The translations under genes were made by a program, and so were the position numbers. The notes under the pieces were generated by a model. The model had not been told where the DNA came from, ran no database searches, and worked only from the letters and a program-made list of their open reading frames with translations. A stretch of 64,000 bases of DNA from Candidatus Moraniibacteriota bacterium (GTDB lineage Bacteria; Patescibacteriota; Minisyncoccia; Moranbacterales; UBA1568), in contig JBPOHW010000007.1 of NCBI GenBank assembly GCA_052035095.1, positions 1,705 through 65,704 of the forward strand, given 5' to 3'. Shown here in pieces: positions 29,587 to 40,777 of the stretch. The number at the start of each line of letters is the position of its first letter. Positions within the stretch are counted from its first letter, which is position 1.

Positions 29587-31119
29587 TTATCGCGCATACT
29601 CTACCGCGCGCATCTCTCGGAAAACGATTACCCGTATCTCGCCCGGATATTTCAACTCCTCCTCAATGCGTTTCGAAATATCCTTGGCAAGCTTCATCGC
29701 GCCCAAATCGTCGGTTTTTTCAGGACTGACAAACACGCGCACTTCCCGACCGGCGGAGAGCGCGTAGGATCGTTCAACTGCCTCGAAAGAATTGATGAGC
29801 GCCTCCAAGTCCTCCAATCGCTTGATGTATTTCTCCGCAGTTTCCTTGCGCGCTCCCGGGCGCGCCGCCGAAATCGCATCGGCCGCCGTCACAATGTAGG
29901 ATTCGAGCGAAGAATGCGGATATTCGTCATGATGACAGCGCATCGCTTCGATCACTTCTTGCGCCACACCGAATTTTTCGAGAATACGAATGCCGATTTT
30001 GACATGGGTCCCCTCAATCTCATGATCCACTGCCTTGCCGATATCGTGAAGGAGTCCTGCTTTCTTTGCAACCGCGACATTGCCGCCCAATTCTGCAGCG
30101 AGCGCTCCCGCGACTGCAGATACTTCGAGCGAATGTGTCAAAACGTTTTGCTTGTAGCTATATCGAAAGTGAAGCCGACCCAAAATATAGAGGAGCTTCG
30201 GATGAAGACCGGGCACGCCAGCATCATACGCCGCCGCTTCTCCCGCCTCGCGGATTTTCTCATCCACTTCTTTCTTTGCCTCTTCGACCACCTCCTCAAT
30301 ACGCGCCGGGTGAATACGTCCGTCCGAAATAAGTTTTTCCAGAGCAATCTTCGCCGTTTCGCGCCGCACCGGATCAAATCCGGAAATCAAAACCGTCTCC
30401 GGGGTATCATCCACCACCAGCTCAACACCCGAAAGTCGCTCAAGCGCTCGGATATTGCGCCCTTCCTTCCCGATAATTTTCCCCTTCACATCGTCCGAGG
30501 GAAGCTGCACCGTCGTCGTCGTAAACTCGGAGACATGCGAACGAGAATAGCGCTGAATAACCTGCGCCATAATATTCATCGATTTCCGCTCCAATTCCTC
30601 TTCATTCTCTTTTTGGAGCTTCGTCATTCGCTTGAGGAGTGCCTCTTGATTTTCTTCTTCAGTCAATTGAAAAAGAATATTTTTCGCTTCTTCCTTATTG
30701 AGGCCGGCTATTTTCTGAAGCCGCGTGAGCTCCTCCTCCCGAGCTTTTTCTGCTTCCTTTCGGATTGAAAGAATCTCTTCCGCCTTCTTTTCAAGTGTTT
30801 TCCGGGTACGATCCAATTCATCCGACTTTTTGTCGAGCGACTCTTCGCGATTCTCGATACGACGCTCCAGGTGAAGAATTTTGTCTTCACGCTCTTTTTC
30901 CTTCTTCTTCGTCTCTTCGAGAATCTGCATCGATTTTTTCTTGGCTTCCAAGAGCACCTCTTCCGCTTTCTTGGCGGCCTCCAGCGTCATTTGTTCCGCC
31001 TTTCCTTCAGCGGTCGACAACTGACGCTTCGCGATACTCTGCCGCGCGAAATACCCCAAAACCGAGCCCGCGGACAACGTGAGCACGGTCGTCAATAACA
31101 AAACCAAATCGGAGGACAT
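29587..31119 (-). CDS. rny: ribonuclease Y
   Basis: N-terminal TM, coiled coil, KH (KGKIIGKEGRNIR), HD (LLHDIGKA), ADAISAARPGAR. Confidence 0.97.
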   Translation of the reverse strand: MSSDLVLLLTTVLTLSAGSVLGYFARQSIAKRQLSTAEGKAEQMTLEAAKKAEEVLLEAKKKSMQILEETKKKEKEREDKILHLERRIENREESLDKKSDELDRTRKTLEKKAEEILSIRKEAEKAREEELTRLQKIAGLNKEEAKNILFQLTEEENQEALLKRMTKLQKENEEELERKSMNIMAQVIQRYSRSHVSEFTTTTVQLPSDDVKGKIIGKEGRNIRALERLSGVELVVDDTPETVLISGFDPVRRETAKIALEKLISDGRIHPARIEEVVEEAKKEVDEKIREAGEAAAYDAGVPGLHPKLLYILGRLHFRYSYKQNVLTHSLEVSAVAGALAAELGGNVAVAKKAGLLHDIGKAVDHEIEGTHVKIGIRILEKFGVAQEVIEAMRCHHDEYPHSSLESYIVTAADAISAARPGARKETAEKYIKRLEDLEALINSFEAVERSYALSAGREVRVFVSPEKTDDLGAMKLAKDISKRIEEELKYPGEIRVIVFREMRAVEYAR

Positions 31120-31460
31120 ACACGTATGCCCGCCCGCAACAAGAGGAAACCGCTATGAAGCAAGCGCAAACGCGAACCGCGCGCGCGAAAAACTTTCTGA
31201 AATACCCCAAACAATGAGAGCAAGAAGACCAAAAAGTATCATAGGAGGAAAATTCTTGTTGAAAACGGGAGAAAAATATATTAACGCTCCGTCCCATCAT
31301 AGAATGTCCCCATCTTTTTGTCAAAGACCCCCCGAAATGATAGGATGGGAGAAAGAAATGCAAAGTTCAAAATGAAAAATGGAAATGAAGTTTTTCTGGA
31401 TTTCATAATTTTGAACTTTGAATTTTGAATTTTGAATTTTGAATTTTGAATTTATACCAT

Positions 31461-33029
31461 ATGTATCGACCCCTCGTTTTAGTGGTCTTGGATGGCTGGG
31501 GCATCAGTTCCAGCACGCAGGGAAACCCGATTCGCGAAGCGAACCTCCCCACCATCGACAAGCTCAATAAGTATTATCCTATGACCGCGCTCCAGGCGTC
31601 CGGCATTGCCGTGGGACTCCCTTGGAACACGCCGGGGAACAGCGAAGTCGGTCACATGACGCTCGGCTCCGGACGCGTCATCTACCAAAACCTCCCGAGA
31701 ATCTCACTCGCCGTCCAAGATGGATCTTTTTTCAAAAATACCGCGTTTCTCGACGCTATGGAGCGCGTGAAAGCAAACGGCGGAGCACTCCACATTATAG
31801 GGCTCGTCGGCGAAGGATCCGTCCACTCCAACAAAGATCACCTCTATATGCTCCTTCAGATGGCGGCTCAAAACAACGTCTCGAAAGTTTTCGTGCACGC
31901 CTTTACCGACGGTCGTGACTCTCCGCCCACATCCGGCGTCCACACCATAAAGGAAGTTATGGCGCGCACTGCTATGCTCGGTATCGGGACCGTGGCGAGC
32001 ATTGGCGGACGAAACTGGGCGATGGATCGCAACAATAACTGGGATCGTGTCGAAAAAGCCTACCGGGTATTCACCGAGGGGGCGCCATCAACCGACAACC
32101 TCATCGCCTATATGGAAGCATCCTACCGAAAGAACGTCACCGACGAATATATCGAACCCGTTATGCTTGCGCAAAACGGAAAACCGGTCGGCGTGGTGCA
32201 AAACGGCGATGCGGTTATTTTTTTCAACTATCGCGAAGATCGCGCCCGCGAAATCACCAAGGCATTCACAATACCCGACTTTGACGGATTCCCTCGTCCC
32301 GAAAAGCTCGATATCACTTTCGTCACTATGACCGAATACGAGCGAAATCTCCCCGTCCAAGTCGCCTTCGGACCCGAAGAAGTCACCAATTCTCTCGGTG
32401 AGCTCTTAAGCAAAGCCGGAAAAATCCAACTCCGCATCGCGGAAACCGAAAAATACGCTCACGTCACCTACTTTTTCAACGGCGGAAAAGAAAAGGCGTG
32501 GCCCGGCGAAGAACGACTCCTCGTCCCCTCCCCGCTCGTGGCCCGTTTCGACGAAATTCCGGAAATGAGCTCGGCGGAAACCACCAACAAAACCATCGAA
32601 GCCGTTCAGTCCGGAAAATATGATTTCATCCTTTTGAACTACGCAAGTCCCGATATGGTGGGTCATACCGGAAACGAAAAAGCGTCCATCGAAGCGGTCG
32701 AGTCCACTGACAAATGCCTCTCTCTCCTCATCCCCGTCGTGCTCCAGGCAGGCGGCGCGCTCCTCATCACCGCCGATCACGGCAATGTCGAGGAAGTGAG
32801 AAATCTCAAAACCGGCGAAGCGGACACCGAACATTCCAAAAACCCCGTCCCCATCTGGTTCGTAGCGCCAGATAACCACCGCGAAAAGACCGCCGAGGAA
32901 ATCGTACGGGAAGAAACCCAGGTAGAAGGACTCCTCTCCGACGTCGCCCCCACCATTCTCGAGATTATGAACCTCGAAAAACCCGAAGAAATGCACAGCA
33001 ACAGCCTCCTGCGACTGTTTAAGAAGTAA
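31461..33029 (+). CDS. gpmI: 2,3-bisphosphoglycerate-independent phosphoglycerate mutase
   Basis: LDGWG, GNSEVGH, DGRD, AMDR, ETEKYAHVTYFFNGG, DMVGHTG, TADHGN. Confidence 0.97.
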   Translation: MYRPLVLVVLDGWGISSSTQGNPIREANLPTIDKLNKYYPMTALQASGIAVGLPWNTPGNSEVGHMTLGSGRVIYQNLPRISLAVQDGSFFKNTAFLDAMERVKANGGALHIIGLVGEGSVHSNKDHLYMLLQMAAQNNVSKVFVHAFTDGRDSPPTSGVHTIKEVMARTAMLGIGTVASIGGRNWAMDRNNNWDRVEKAYRVFTEGAPSTDNLIAYMEASYRKNVTDEYIEPVMLAQNGKPVGVVQNGDAVIFFNYREDRAREITKAFTIPDFDGFPRPEKLDITFVTMTEYERNLPVQVAFGPEEVTNSLGELLSKAGKIQLRIAETEKYAHVTYFFNGGKEKAWPGEERLLVPSPLVARFDEIPEMSSAETTNKTIEAVQSGKYDFILLNYASPDMVGHTGNEKASIEAVESTDKCLSLLIPVVLQAGGALLITADHGNVEEVRNLKTGEADTEHSKNPVPIWFVAPDNHREKTAEEIVREETQVEGLLSDVAPTILEIMNLEKPEEMHSNSLLRLFKK

Positions 33030-33103
33030 TGAGCAAACAATAGAGATTCCCGACAACAAAAAACTCTTCTGCTTACAGAAGAGTTTTTCTTCATTCTTCA
33101 TTC

Positions 33104-33691
33104 CTATTTCTCCAGTATCTTGTCCACAATACCATACGCCACCGCCTCGTCGGCGCTCATAAAGCGATCGCGCTCGGTATCGAGTTCTATTTTGGAAATT
33201 TTTTGCCCCGTGTGCTCGGCGAGAATTTTGTTGAGCCGATCCCGCGTCGCGAGAATATGTCGCGCGTGGATATCAATATCCGTTGCCTGCCCCTCCGCGC
33301 CGCCGATCACCTGATGAATCATCACCTCGCCGTTGGGGAGAATCATTCGCTTCCCCTTTTCCCCCGCGGAAAGGAGTATCGCCGCGGCGGAAGCGGCGAT
33401 ACCGACGCAAATCGTCGAAACATCCGGCTTCACATACCGCAAGGTGTCATAAATCGCGAGAGCCGCCGTCACCGCCCCGCCCGGCGAATTGATATACATC
33501 TTGATATCTTCTTTCGAGTTCTGCGATTCGAGAAAGAGAAGCTGGGCAATCACCGCGTTCGCCACCCCGTCGTCGATCGGTGTCCCGATAAAAATGATGC
33601 GATCTTTCAAAAGGCGCGAATAAATATCATACGCCCGCTCGCCATAATGCGTCTTCTCAATCACCGTTGGAATGAGATATTGTGAGTTCAT
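33104..33691 (-). CDS. clpP: ATP-dependent Clp protease proteolytic subunit
   Basis: [33 protein letters not shown]. Confidence 0.98.
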   Translation of the reverse strand: MNSQYLIPTVIEKTHYGERAYDIYSRLLKDRIIFIGTPIDDGVANAVIAQLLFLESQNSKEDIKMYINSPGGAVTAALAIYDTLRYVKPDVSTICVGIAASAAAILLSAGEKGKRMILPNGEVMIHQVIGGAEGQATDIDIHARHILATRDRLNKILAEHTGQKISKIELDTERDRFMSADEAVAYGIVDKILEK

Positions 33692-33713
33692 AGGAAGAAA
33701 AACAAAACTCTTC

Positions 33714-35009
33714 TCATTTCAAACCTTCCAAAAATTCCAGCACTTTTTCATTGCGTAAACGCCCCTTCGAAAACTGATGGAGTCGCGCGAGATCGACGTC
33801 CTTCTCCACCTGTTTCAAGCTCCGATAATACTGGAGCGCGCGATTCATTTCCGCCTCCACCTCTTCGGTTGATGGCTCGATTTCACGGTCTTTGGCTATT
33901 TTTTCCAAAACGAGCGCCGAGAGCACTCGTCGCCTTGCCTGTGGCGCCCAGTCCTTCTCGAGATCTTCGCGCGTCTTTTTCGATTGCGCGAGGAAATTGT
34001 CGAAACTCATATTCACCTGCGAAAGTTGCAGTTCAAACTCGGCAAGCATTTTCCCGGTTTCTTCCGCGAGAAGTATCTCCGGAATATCCGCCTCCGACGC
34101 GGCAACCAGCGCCTCGATAATCGCCCCGTGATGTTCGCTATGAAGCGCTTCCTTTTTTTCTTCCAGCAAACCGTCGCGAATATTCTTTTTCAGCGCATCG
34201 AGATGCTCAAAATTCCCAAGCGATACGGCAAACGCGTCATCAATCACTGGAACATCGCGCGCCTCAACCGCTTTCAAGGTCACCTCGAAGCGTGCCGGTT
34301 TCCCGGCGACACTCGCGATATGGTATTTCTCGGGAAACGTAAGCTCGAAAGCTCGCTCCTCACCCGCTTGCATCCCGATGATCGCCTCTTCAAATCCGGG
34401 AAGAAACATTCCCTTCCCGAGAACCATATGATGCCCGCGCGACACGCCATTCTCAATCGGCACGCCGTTTTGAAGCACGCGGAAATCTATTTCGACACCG
34501 TCGCCCGTTCTCGCTTCGCGAGAAACCGTGACAAATTTCGCTCGACTTTCAGCAAGCTTCCGCAGTTCCGCGTCGATATCCGCATCCTCAACACCCGCGG
34601 TCTTTTTTGCAAATTCACCATTGACCGCTTTGACATGCTTCTCCCAATCCTTCAGAACGAGTTCCGGCAGAACAGCCGTTCGGATGACATACTCGAAGTT
34701 TCCGCCCTCTTCTCGCTTTTTGATCTCCGCTTCCGGTCGCCCGATCGCGTCAATCTCCGGATGCTCGCGAAGCGCCCGTTCATACGACTCATGAAGCGCG
34801 TGGTGCGCCGCCTCGGCAAGTATCGCCTCCTTCCCCGCCTTCCGTTCCACCAACTCCCGCGGCGCCTTCCCCGCGCGAAAGCCTTCGATCTTCACGCTCT
34901 TTGCCACTTCTTCGATCGCCCGCGCGAAATCCTTCTTCCATTCCTCCCACCCGAGCGAAACGGCAATCTCCACCCGCGACTTCGGCAATTTTTTGATATC
35001 AACATTCAT
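33714..35009 (-). CDS. tig: trigger factor
   Basis: GFRAGKAP ribosome-binding motif, FKBP domain ([15 protein letters not shown]); upstream of clpP. Confidence 0.95.
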   Translation of the reverse strand: MNVDIKKLPKSRVEIAVSLGWEEWKKDFARAIEEVAKSVKIEGFRAGKAPRELVERKAGKEAILAEAAHHALHESYERALREHPEIDAIGRPEAEIKKREEGGNFEYVIRTAVLPELVLKDWEKHVKAVNGEFAKKTAGVEDADIDAELRKLAESRAKFVTVSREARTGDGVEIDFRVLQNGVPIENGVSRGHHMVLGKGMFLPGFEEAIIGMQAGEERAFELTFPEKYHIASVAGKPARFEVTLKAVEARDVPVIDDAFAVSLGNFEHLDALKKNIRDGLLEEKKEALHSEHHGAIIEALVAASEADIPEILLAEETGKMLAEFELQLSQVNMSFDNFLAQSKKTREDLEKDWAPQARRRVLSALVLEKIAKDREIEPSTEEVEAEMNRALQYYRSLKQVEKDVDLARLHQFSKGRLRNEKVLEFLEGLK

Positions 35010-35012
35010 AGA

Positions 35013-35549
35013 TTATTTTTTCCCAAACTTTTCTTCATACATTCGAATCCCCTTTTTCACCGCCGCTATTCCTTCTTTTTTTCCTTCAAATCCCTTCACA
35101 ACAACCTTCTTGCCATCCTCGATGGACTTATAGGTTTCGAAGAAGTGCTGAATTTCCTTGAGCGTATGCGGATTCACGTCTTTCAAGCTCTTCACTGTGT
35201 CCCATCGAGGGTCATTGGCGGGAACAGCAAGCACCTTGTCGTCACCCTCGCCGCAATCCACCATATGCATCACGCCGATGACGCGCGCGTCCACCAAAAT
35301 ACCCGGCGCCAAGGGCGATGTCGTAAAGAGTACCACGTCGAGCGCATCATCATCGTCCCAGAGCGTTTGCGGCACAAAGCCGTAGTCAAACGGATAATCC
35401 TGTGATGTCTTCATCGCGCGATCAAGCTTGATGAGCCCTGTTTTCTTGTCGATTTCATACTTGTTCTTCGACCCCTTCGGACACTCGACGATCATATTCA
35501 CGACCTCCGGAGCCTTCTCGCCATACGAAAGATCTTGCCACAAGTTCAT
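35013..35549 (-). CDS. ppa: inorganic pyrophosphatase
   Basis: KYEIDK, DYGFVPQT, DDDALDV, DDKVLAV, HFFETYK. Confidence 0.96.
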   Translation of the reverse strand: MNLWQDLSYGEKAPEVVNMIVECPKGSKNKYEIDKKTGLIKLDRAMKTSQDYPFDYGFVPQTLWDDDDALDVVLFTTSPLAPGILVDARVIGVMHMVDCGEGDDKVLAVPANDPRWDTVKSLKDVNPHTLKEIQHFFETYKSIEDGKKVVVKGFEGKKEGIAAVKKGIRMYEEKFGKK

Positions 35550-35559
35550 AAAATTTTCT

Positions 35560-37080
35560 TTACTGGTTAATTTCGTTTTCTTTTACTTCATTCTCTGTTC
35601 CCATTTTCTCATTCTTCGCTTCTTCTCCGCCTGTTTCGTTCTCAATTCCCGATTCCTGATTCTCCTCTATCTCTCCTCCATTCTCCATCCCCAATTCTTG
35701 ATCGCCCGTTGTTTGTTGTTCGTTGTCAGTTGTCAGTGGTTCATTGTTCCCCGTTTCCTGCTCATTGTTCATTGTTTCCTGCTCCTTGCTTTTCCTCGTT
35801 CCACTTCCGGCGATATCGATGCGAAGTCCCGTCAACTTGGACGCGAGTCGCACGTTTTGCCCCTTTCGCCCGATCGCCAAGGAAAGCTGGTCTTCCGGCA
35901 CGTGAACGAGCGCGCTCCTGGTTTCTTCGTGGAGTTCCACCTTGCTCACTTTGGCGGGGGAAAGCGCCGCCTTGATAAATTTGTACGCGTCGTCGCTCCA
36001 TTCGATAATGTCGATTTTTTCCCCGCCCAATTCGTCAATGATCGCCTGCACGCGCGTCCCCTTCTGCCCCACGCACGAGCCAATAGGATCAACACCTTCT
36101 TCGGCGGTAAAGACGGCAATCTTGGTGCGCGAGCCCGCTTCACGTGCAATCGCCTTGATCTCCACGACGCCCGAGAAAATTTCCGGCACCTCAAGCGTAA
36201 ACAAATGTCGCACCATCTCGGCATGCGCGCGCGACAACGTGATACCGGGACCCTTGGCGTCCGCCTCGACCCGAAGTATATACACCTTGATCCGCTGTCC
36301 GATACGGTAATTCTCGCCTTCCATTTGTTCCGACGGAAAGAGCGCGCCCACGGATTTGCCGAGGTCGACAAAGACGATCCGCCCGTCGATACGCTGGATG
36401 ATACCGTTCACGATCGTGCCTTCTTTACTCTTGTATTCGGCAAACATACTCTCGCGCTCCGCCTCGCGAATGCGCTGGATAATCACTTGTTTCGCCGTTT
36501 GCGCGGCGACGCGCCCGAATTCCTGCTCCATGGGAAGCGAAAGCTCGATCGTCTCACCAATCTCCGCATCCACCTTCACTAAGCGAGCCTCCTCGAGCGT
36601 CATATCGCGCTCGGCATTAAATCGCGGCAATCGCTCCTCATCACCCTCATCCTCAGTAGAAAGCTCCGCCAATGTTTCAGTCTTCAGATTTTTTTTCTCA
36701 TCATGCGCGTCCTCACGCTTCGCGGGAGTCGTTTCGACTTCTTCCGGCGCTTCCTCGACAAATTCGCGCGTCGTCTCGTCCACCACCTCTTTGAGGAGGA
36801 AGTATTTCGCTGACTTCGTCACCTTGTCAAACTCAGCGCGAATCACCTGCCCGCGCTTCCCATAGTCCTTCTTGTACGCCGCGGCAAGCGCCGCCTCGAC
36901 GACTTCCATCACTTTTTCCTCGGAAATACCCTTTTCCTCAGCAAGCTGCAGCACAGCACTCCCAAACTCGCCCAGCCGAATCGACCCTGATTGCCCGGGT
37001 TCTTTTTTGCCGCCTTCATCCTCATCTTCACCCTCCTCGCGCTCGATATCCTCATCAAGCAGTTTCTTCTTTCGTGCCAT
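35560..37080 (-). CDS. nusA: transcription termination factor NusA with a repeat-derived C-terminal tail
   Basis: [14 protein letters not shown]1 and KH domains ([27 protein letters not shown]); likely start MARKKK. Confidence 0.96.
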   Translation of the reverse strand: MARKKKLLDEDIEREEGEDEDEGGKKEPGQSGSIRLGEFGSAVLQLAEEKGISEEKVMEVVEAALAAAYKKDYGKRGQVIRAEFDKVTKSAKYFLLKEVVDETTREFVEEAPEEVETTPAKREDAHDEKKNLKTETLAELSTEDEGDEERLPRFNAERDMTLEEARLVKVDAEIGETIELSLPMEQEFGRVAAQTAKQVIIQRIREAERESMFAEYKSKEGTIVNGIIQRIDGRIVFVDLGKSVGALFPSEQMEGENYRIGQRIKVYILRVEADAKGPGITLSRAHAEMVRHLFTLEVPEIFSGVVEIKAIAREAGSRTKIAVFTAEEGVDPIGSCVGQKGTRVQAIIDELGGEKIDIIEWSDDAYKFIKAALSPAKVSKVELHEETRSALVHVPEDQLSLAIGRKGQNVRLASKLTGLRIDIAGSGTRKSKEQETMNNEQETGNNEPLTTDNEQQTTGDQELGMENGGEIEENQESGIENETGGEEAKNEKMGTENEVKENEINQ

Positions 37081-37304
37081 AATAAAAATAGAATTTAAGA
37101 ATTTAGAATATGGAATAAAGAATGTGGAATAAGGGGAGTCAGACAAGGAAAATGCCCCAGATATGCCTTTGATTCACCATTCTTCATTCGCTTTTCGTCC
37201 TTCCATTCATTAAAAAAGGCTCGCTCGCGCGAACCGGACCGCTCCCACCCAAAAACTACCCAGAATATAGCACCAAAGAAGAAGCGTGTCAAATGACGAC
37301 CGTG

Positions 37305-38426
37305 TTACAAAAAGAGATCTCCGAGATACTTTTCCGCCGAAACAACATTGATAGTGCGAAAGGAAGCTTCACGTTTTAACTCTTTGACCACTTGCGTTCC
37401 TTTGATGTCATACTTACTCGAAAAATAGGTGAGGTTTTGGCTTGGCTCACTTTCCGAGAGTTTCGCCTCGATAAGTTCAGTGACAGTTCCATTTTCAACC
37501 AGAGCAAAATCCGTTTCTTTTCCTTCTTTTGTCCGGAAATACTTAAGTTCGTATTGCTTTCCGGTTGCATCCGAGAGCGCAGAAACATGTTTGAAAAGAC
37601 TTATGGCGACAAAATTTTCAAACCTCGCTCCCCCATCCCCTTCGACAAGTCCGGTATCAAAGAAATATACTTTTGGTTCTTTGAGAATTGAGCGGGCGAT
37701 ATTGCGCGAATACGGCGTGACGCGAAATACAATGAAAAGCGATTCAAAAATTTCCAGATAGCGCTTCACGGTAATCGGAGACACCTGAACATCTTCGGCA
37801 ATCGAATTGAGAGAGAGTGGCGACCCGACACGACGCCGAAGAAGTTCCAGCGTCATTTGCACCGCTTTCAGGTTATGCACCATCTCGAAATCCAAAATAT
37901 CAGTTCGAATGAGGCCATCGAAATACTGGTTTCTCCACCGGGTAGCATCTTCTTCCGTTTCAGCCAAAAACGGTTCCGGAAAACCGCCTCGAGTAATAAG
38001 CCTCTCTATATCGGCAGGCTCTCCGATATGTTTCAGCTCCGCCAAAGAGAACGGAAGGAGGCGATGAACAAAAAACCTCCCCGCAAGCGAATCGCCAGCT
38101 TGCCGAAACGTATTCATTCGCGCGCTTCCGGTTACCAATATTTTAAGAGAAGGCGCTTTCGTGTCAAAAACGCCCTTCAGATAATTTTTCCATCCTCGCA
38201 TTTTATGAAGTTCATCAAGGATAAGAAGCGTTGTGCCAAGAGGCCACGCCTCTTTTTTAATAATCTGACGATCTTCTTCTCGATCAAAATTCAAATAGAC
38301 GGGAGAAGCGTCTGTTTTTCCTATTTCTCTCGAAAGCCACGTCTTTCCAACCTGGCGAGGACCCACCAGAAAGACCATCTTTTTATCGAGGTCTTTGAGA
38401 ATACGTTCTGTTTGTGCGCGTTTCAT
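37305..38426 (-). CDS. AAA+ ATPase (AAA_14 + DUF4143)
   Basis: GPRQVGKT, LDELHK, VTGSA, GGFPEP, KVYFFDTGL, FENFV, ETDF..EAK. Confidence 0.9.
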   Translation of the reverse strand: MKRAQTERILKDLDKKMVFLVGPRQVGKTWLSREIGKTDASPVYLNFDREEDRQIIKKEAWPLGTTLLILDELHKMRGWKNYLKGVFDTKAPSLKILVTGSARMNTFRQAGDSLAGRFFVHRLLPFSLAELKHIGEPADIERLITRGGFPEPFLAETEEDATRWRNQYFDGLIRTDILDFEMVHNLKAVQMTLELLRRRVGSPLSLNSIAEDVQVSPITVKRYLEIFESLFIVFRVTPYSRNIARSILKEPKVYFFDTGLVEGDGGARFENFVAISLFKHVSALSDATGKQYELKYFRTKEGKETDFALVENGTVTELIEAKLSESEPSQNLTYFSSKYDIKGTQVVKELKREASFRTINVVSAEKYLGDLFL

Positions 38427-38830
38427 ATATGGCTATTATACAGCGTTCTATCAAAAAGTCAAGACTTTTCGATATTTGACTAAAAAATAGTCATTTTTCA
38501 TATTTTGCACCTCCATAGAGCCATTTTCTATATGACCGCCTGCGGGAATTTTCTCACTTTCCTGGGGTTCCTGATAGTCCTGTGCAGAAAAGCATACTTT
38601 GCGTATCACTGTGATACGAGAATAATGCTACAATGATACGAAAACACACAAACACCTTCTCGTATTCCCCCTGTTTCTTTCAATCGCCATTGACACTTCC
38701 TCCAAAAAATGCTACCGTCAAAGACCACCCCAAACCCGTTCTTCCCCCGCCACACGGCGCGGAAATGAGGGGAACAGGAGGTGGTAAACCAGCAGTTGCC
38801 TTAACAATTTATAACATTAAGGAGTCAAAA

Positions 38831-39553
38831 ATGAAGATTTTTGATCTTGCTGAATCCGTTCTCAATATGCCTGGCTTAATGGCATGGTGGAGAACTCGAA
38901 ACATGGGAATGGGAGGAGCACCGCAGAATGCCGGGCAAGGAAAGCCGGATTCCGGCGCAAAATCAAGCATCCTCGGCCTTGGACAAGCAGATGAGGCTAT
39001 TGCCCTTCATGCAGTTGTAAAAGCGCTCACTGATAAAGGCTTAGTCACCGCCAAACAGCGAGCCGCTTTCATTCGAATGGTAACGACACGGTTGTCGCTT
39101 GCCGAATGTACCATCCTGGAGAGAACGCTCGGTTTAGATGAGCAAAAACGGACGTTCATCGAAACCGAGCACGGAACCGACGCCAAAGGAAGGCCCAAGA
39201 AAACCGAAAGAAGTCACGATATCGTTATGAATCATCGCGGACTGGAAACGGTAGTTGGCATCTGTAAACTGGCAGAATCAGACGAGGAAAGCGCCCTGCT
39301 TCTCCTGAAAAAGCTTGGAGCAACCCGAACAACTGGCGATGTCTGGAAAGATCAACTAACGGAAGGGCTCGCGTTTCTAAAGAAACATGGAATTACCCCG
39401 GAAGTTGCCTTGAGCTTCATGAATGGAAGTCAAGAAACCAAAACGGTTCTCGAAGCAGAAAAGGAGAAAACGCGAACATTTCTTTACACGGCACTTGGCG
39501 TAATAGGTCTCCTGTTCGCGCTCATTGCTATTGCCATTGTTGTCCAAAACTAA
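38831..39553 (+). CDS. hypothetical protein with C-terminal TM
   Basis: SD AAGGAG before MKIFDL; promoter TTGACA at 38690 upstream. Confidence 0.6.
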   Translation: MKIFDLAESVLNMPGLMAWWRTRNMGMGGAPQNAGQGKPDSGAKSSILGLGQADEAIALHAVVKALTDKGLVTAKQRAAFIRMVTTRLSLAECTILERTLGLDEQKRTFIETEHGTDAKGRPKKTERSHDIVMNHRGLETVVGICKLAESDEESALLLLKKLGATRTTGDVWKDQLTEGLAFLKKHGITPEVALSFMNGSQETKTVLEAEKEKTRTFLYTALGVIGLLFALIAIAIVVQN

Positions 39554-39572
39554 CCCAAGAGGAATCCATACC

Positions 39573-40709
39573 ATGTGGGACCAACTGAATACTGAATCAG
39601 AGAAGATAAAGCGCTTCTTCTGGCTTTTTCTTCTCGGTCTCCTTGCTATACATGCGGGAGCAATTTTGCTTGTCCTGGCGAGATTGCAAAATCTCATCTT
39701 CATTCTCGCCATTCTTTCCGCTTTCTTTATTGTGGCGCAAGTTGGTCGCATAAAGATATGGCTTACCACCGTCAGCGCCGGAGTACTCTTTGGACTCCTT
39801 CCAATCGCTCAAACAGCCGTAAGTGCGGAAAAATTCTCGCTTCTCGCATGGAAAGCCATCATGCATACCGCGCTTGGCACCAGCCTCACGCTTCTCTTGA
39901 TGGCTGAAATTCCCTTCAGGGGAGATGCTTCTCTCGCACTCGCCTTCGATACCGTACTCATGGTGCTTGCCCTTGTTTCCATGACATATATAGAAGTGGA
40001 CACAAAGTGGTATCCGACCATAGTTCGGTCACTTGCCGTACTCATTATCGCCATCATCCTGATGGAGGTGACGCTCGGCATAGCCTACCCGGAATTGAAC
40101 AAGCCCGACCGGTGGTGGAAATTCCTCGAGTTCGCAAAAGATCATTGGATTATCTTTGCGATTCTCATTGGAATTCCGCTCTTCCTCTGGAAAAAGGTGT
40201 CAATTCCAACGATTCCCATCAAGGCGATCATAGGTCTCGCTATCCTCTTCTTTGGCATTTCGATGATGTTCCAGGGTCCTCGTGATTGGCTCCTCGACAA
40301 AGTAAACCGGTCCGAAATTCCCACCGCCATCACCGGCACGGAGACGGTTCGGTCCGTTCTCGTCGAGAAGTTCGACGGATTCGACATCTGTGACTTGAAG
40401 CCTGAAACTTCATACACATTTGTTGAGGTTCGAACAGAATACAGCGACAAGACAACCTACCGAATAAGGAACAAGACCAATGGAGAAATCGTATCCACGA
40501 AGGTTACAGGGACAATAACGCAAGACGCAAGCAAGCATCCCTACCGGAAAGCCGACTACGACTTCGGGATTCTCGTAAATGGCGTCCCCCCAGGGAGACG
40601 GGTGGAAACAAATTCCACCGGATGCTTGCGAGGGAGTTTCAATACGCCCCTCACACAATATTTCGAGATGGAGCACTCTACAGGAATGGGGATCCATCTT
40701 AGAAATTAA
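39573..40709 (+). CDS. polytopic membrane protein with C-terminal soluble domain
   Basis: SD GAGG before MWDQL; about 8 hydrophobic segments. Confidence 0.6.
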   Translation: MWDQLNTESEKIKRFFWLFLLGLLAIHAGAILLVLARLQNLIFILAILSAFFIVAQVGRIKIWLTTVSAGVLFGLLPIAQTAVSAEKFSLLAWKAIMHTALGTSLTLLLMAEIPFRGDASLALAFDTVLMVLALVSMTYIEVDTKWYPTIVRSLAVLIIAIILMEVTLGIAYPELNKPDRWWKFLEFAKDHWIIFAILIGIPLFLWKKVSIPTIPIKAIIGLAILFFGISMMFQGPRDWLLDKVNRSEIPTAITGTETVRSVLVEKFDGFDICDLKPETSYTFVEVRTEYSDKTTYRIRNKTNGEIVSTKVTGTITQDASKHPYRKADYDFGILVNGVPPGRRVETNSTGCLRGSFNTPLTQYFEMEHSTGMGIHLRN

Positions 40710-40777
40710 CGAAAACGAAACAAGCAGATCAGAAGATACTGATCTGCTTTTCATTTACTCAAAAAACAAGGCAAGGA

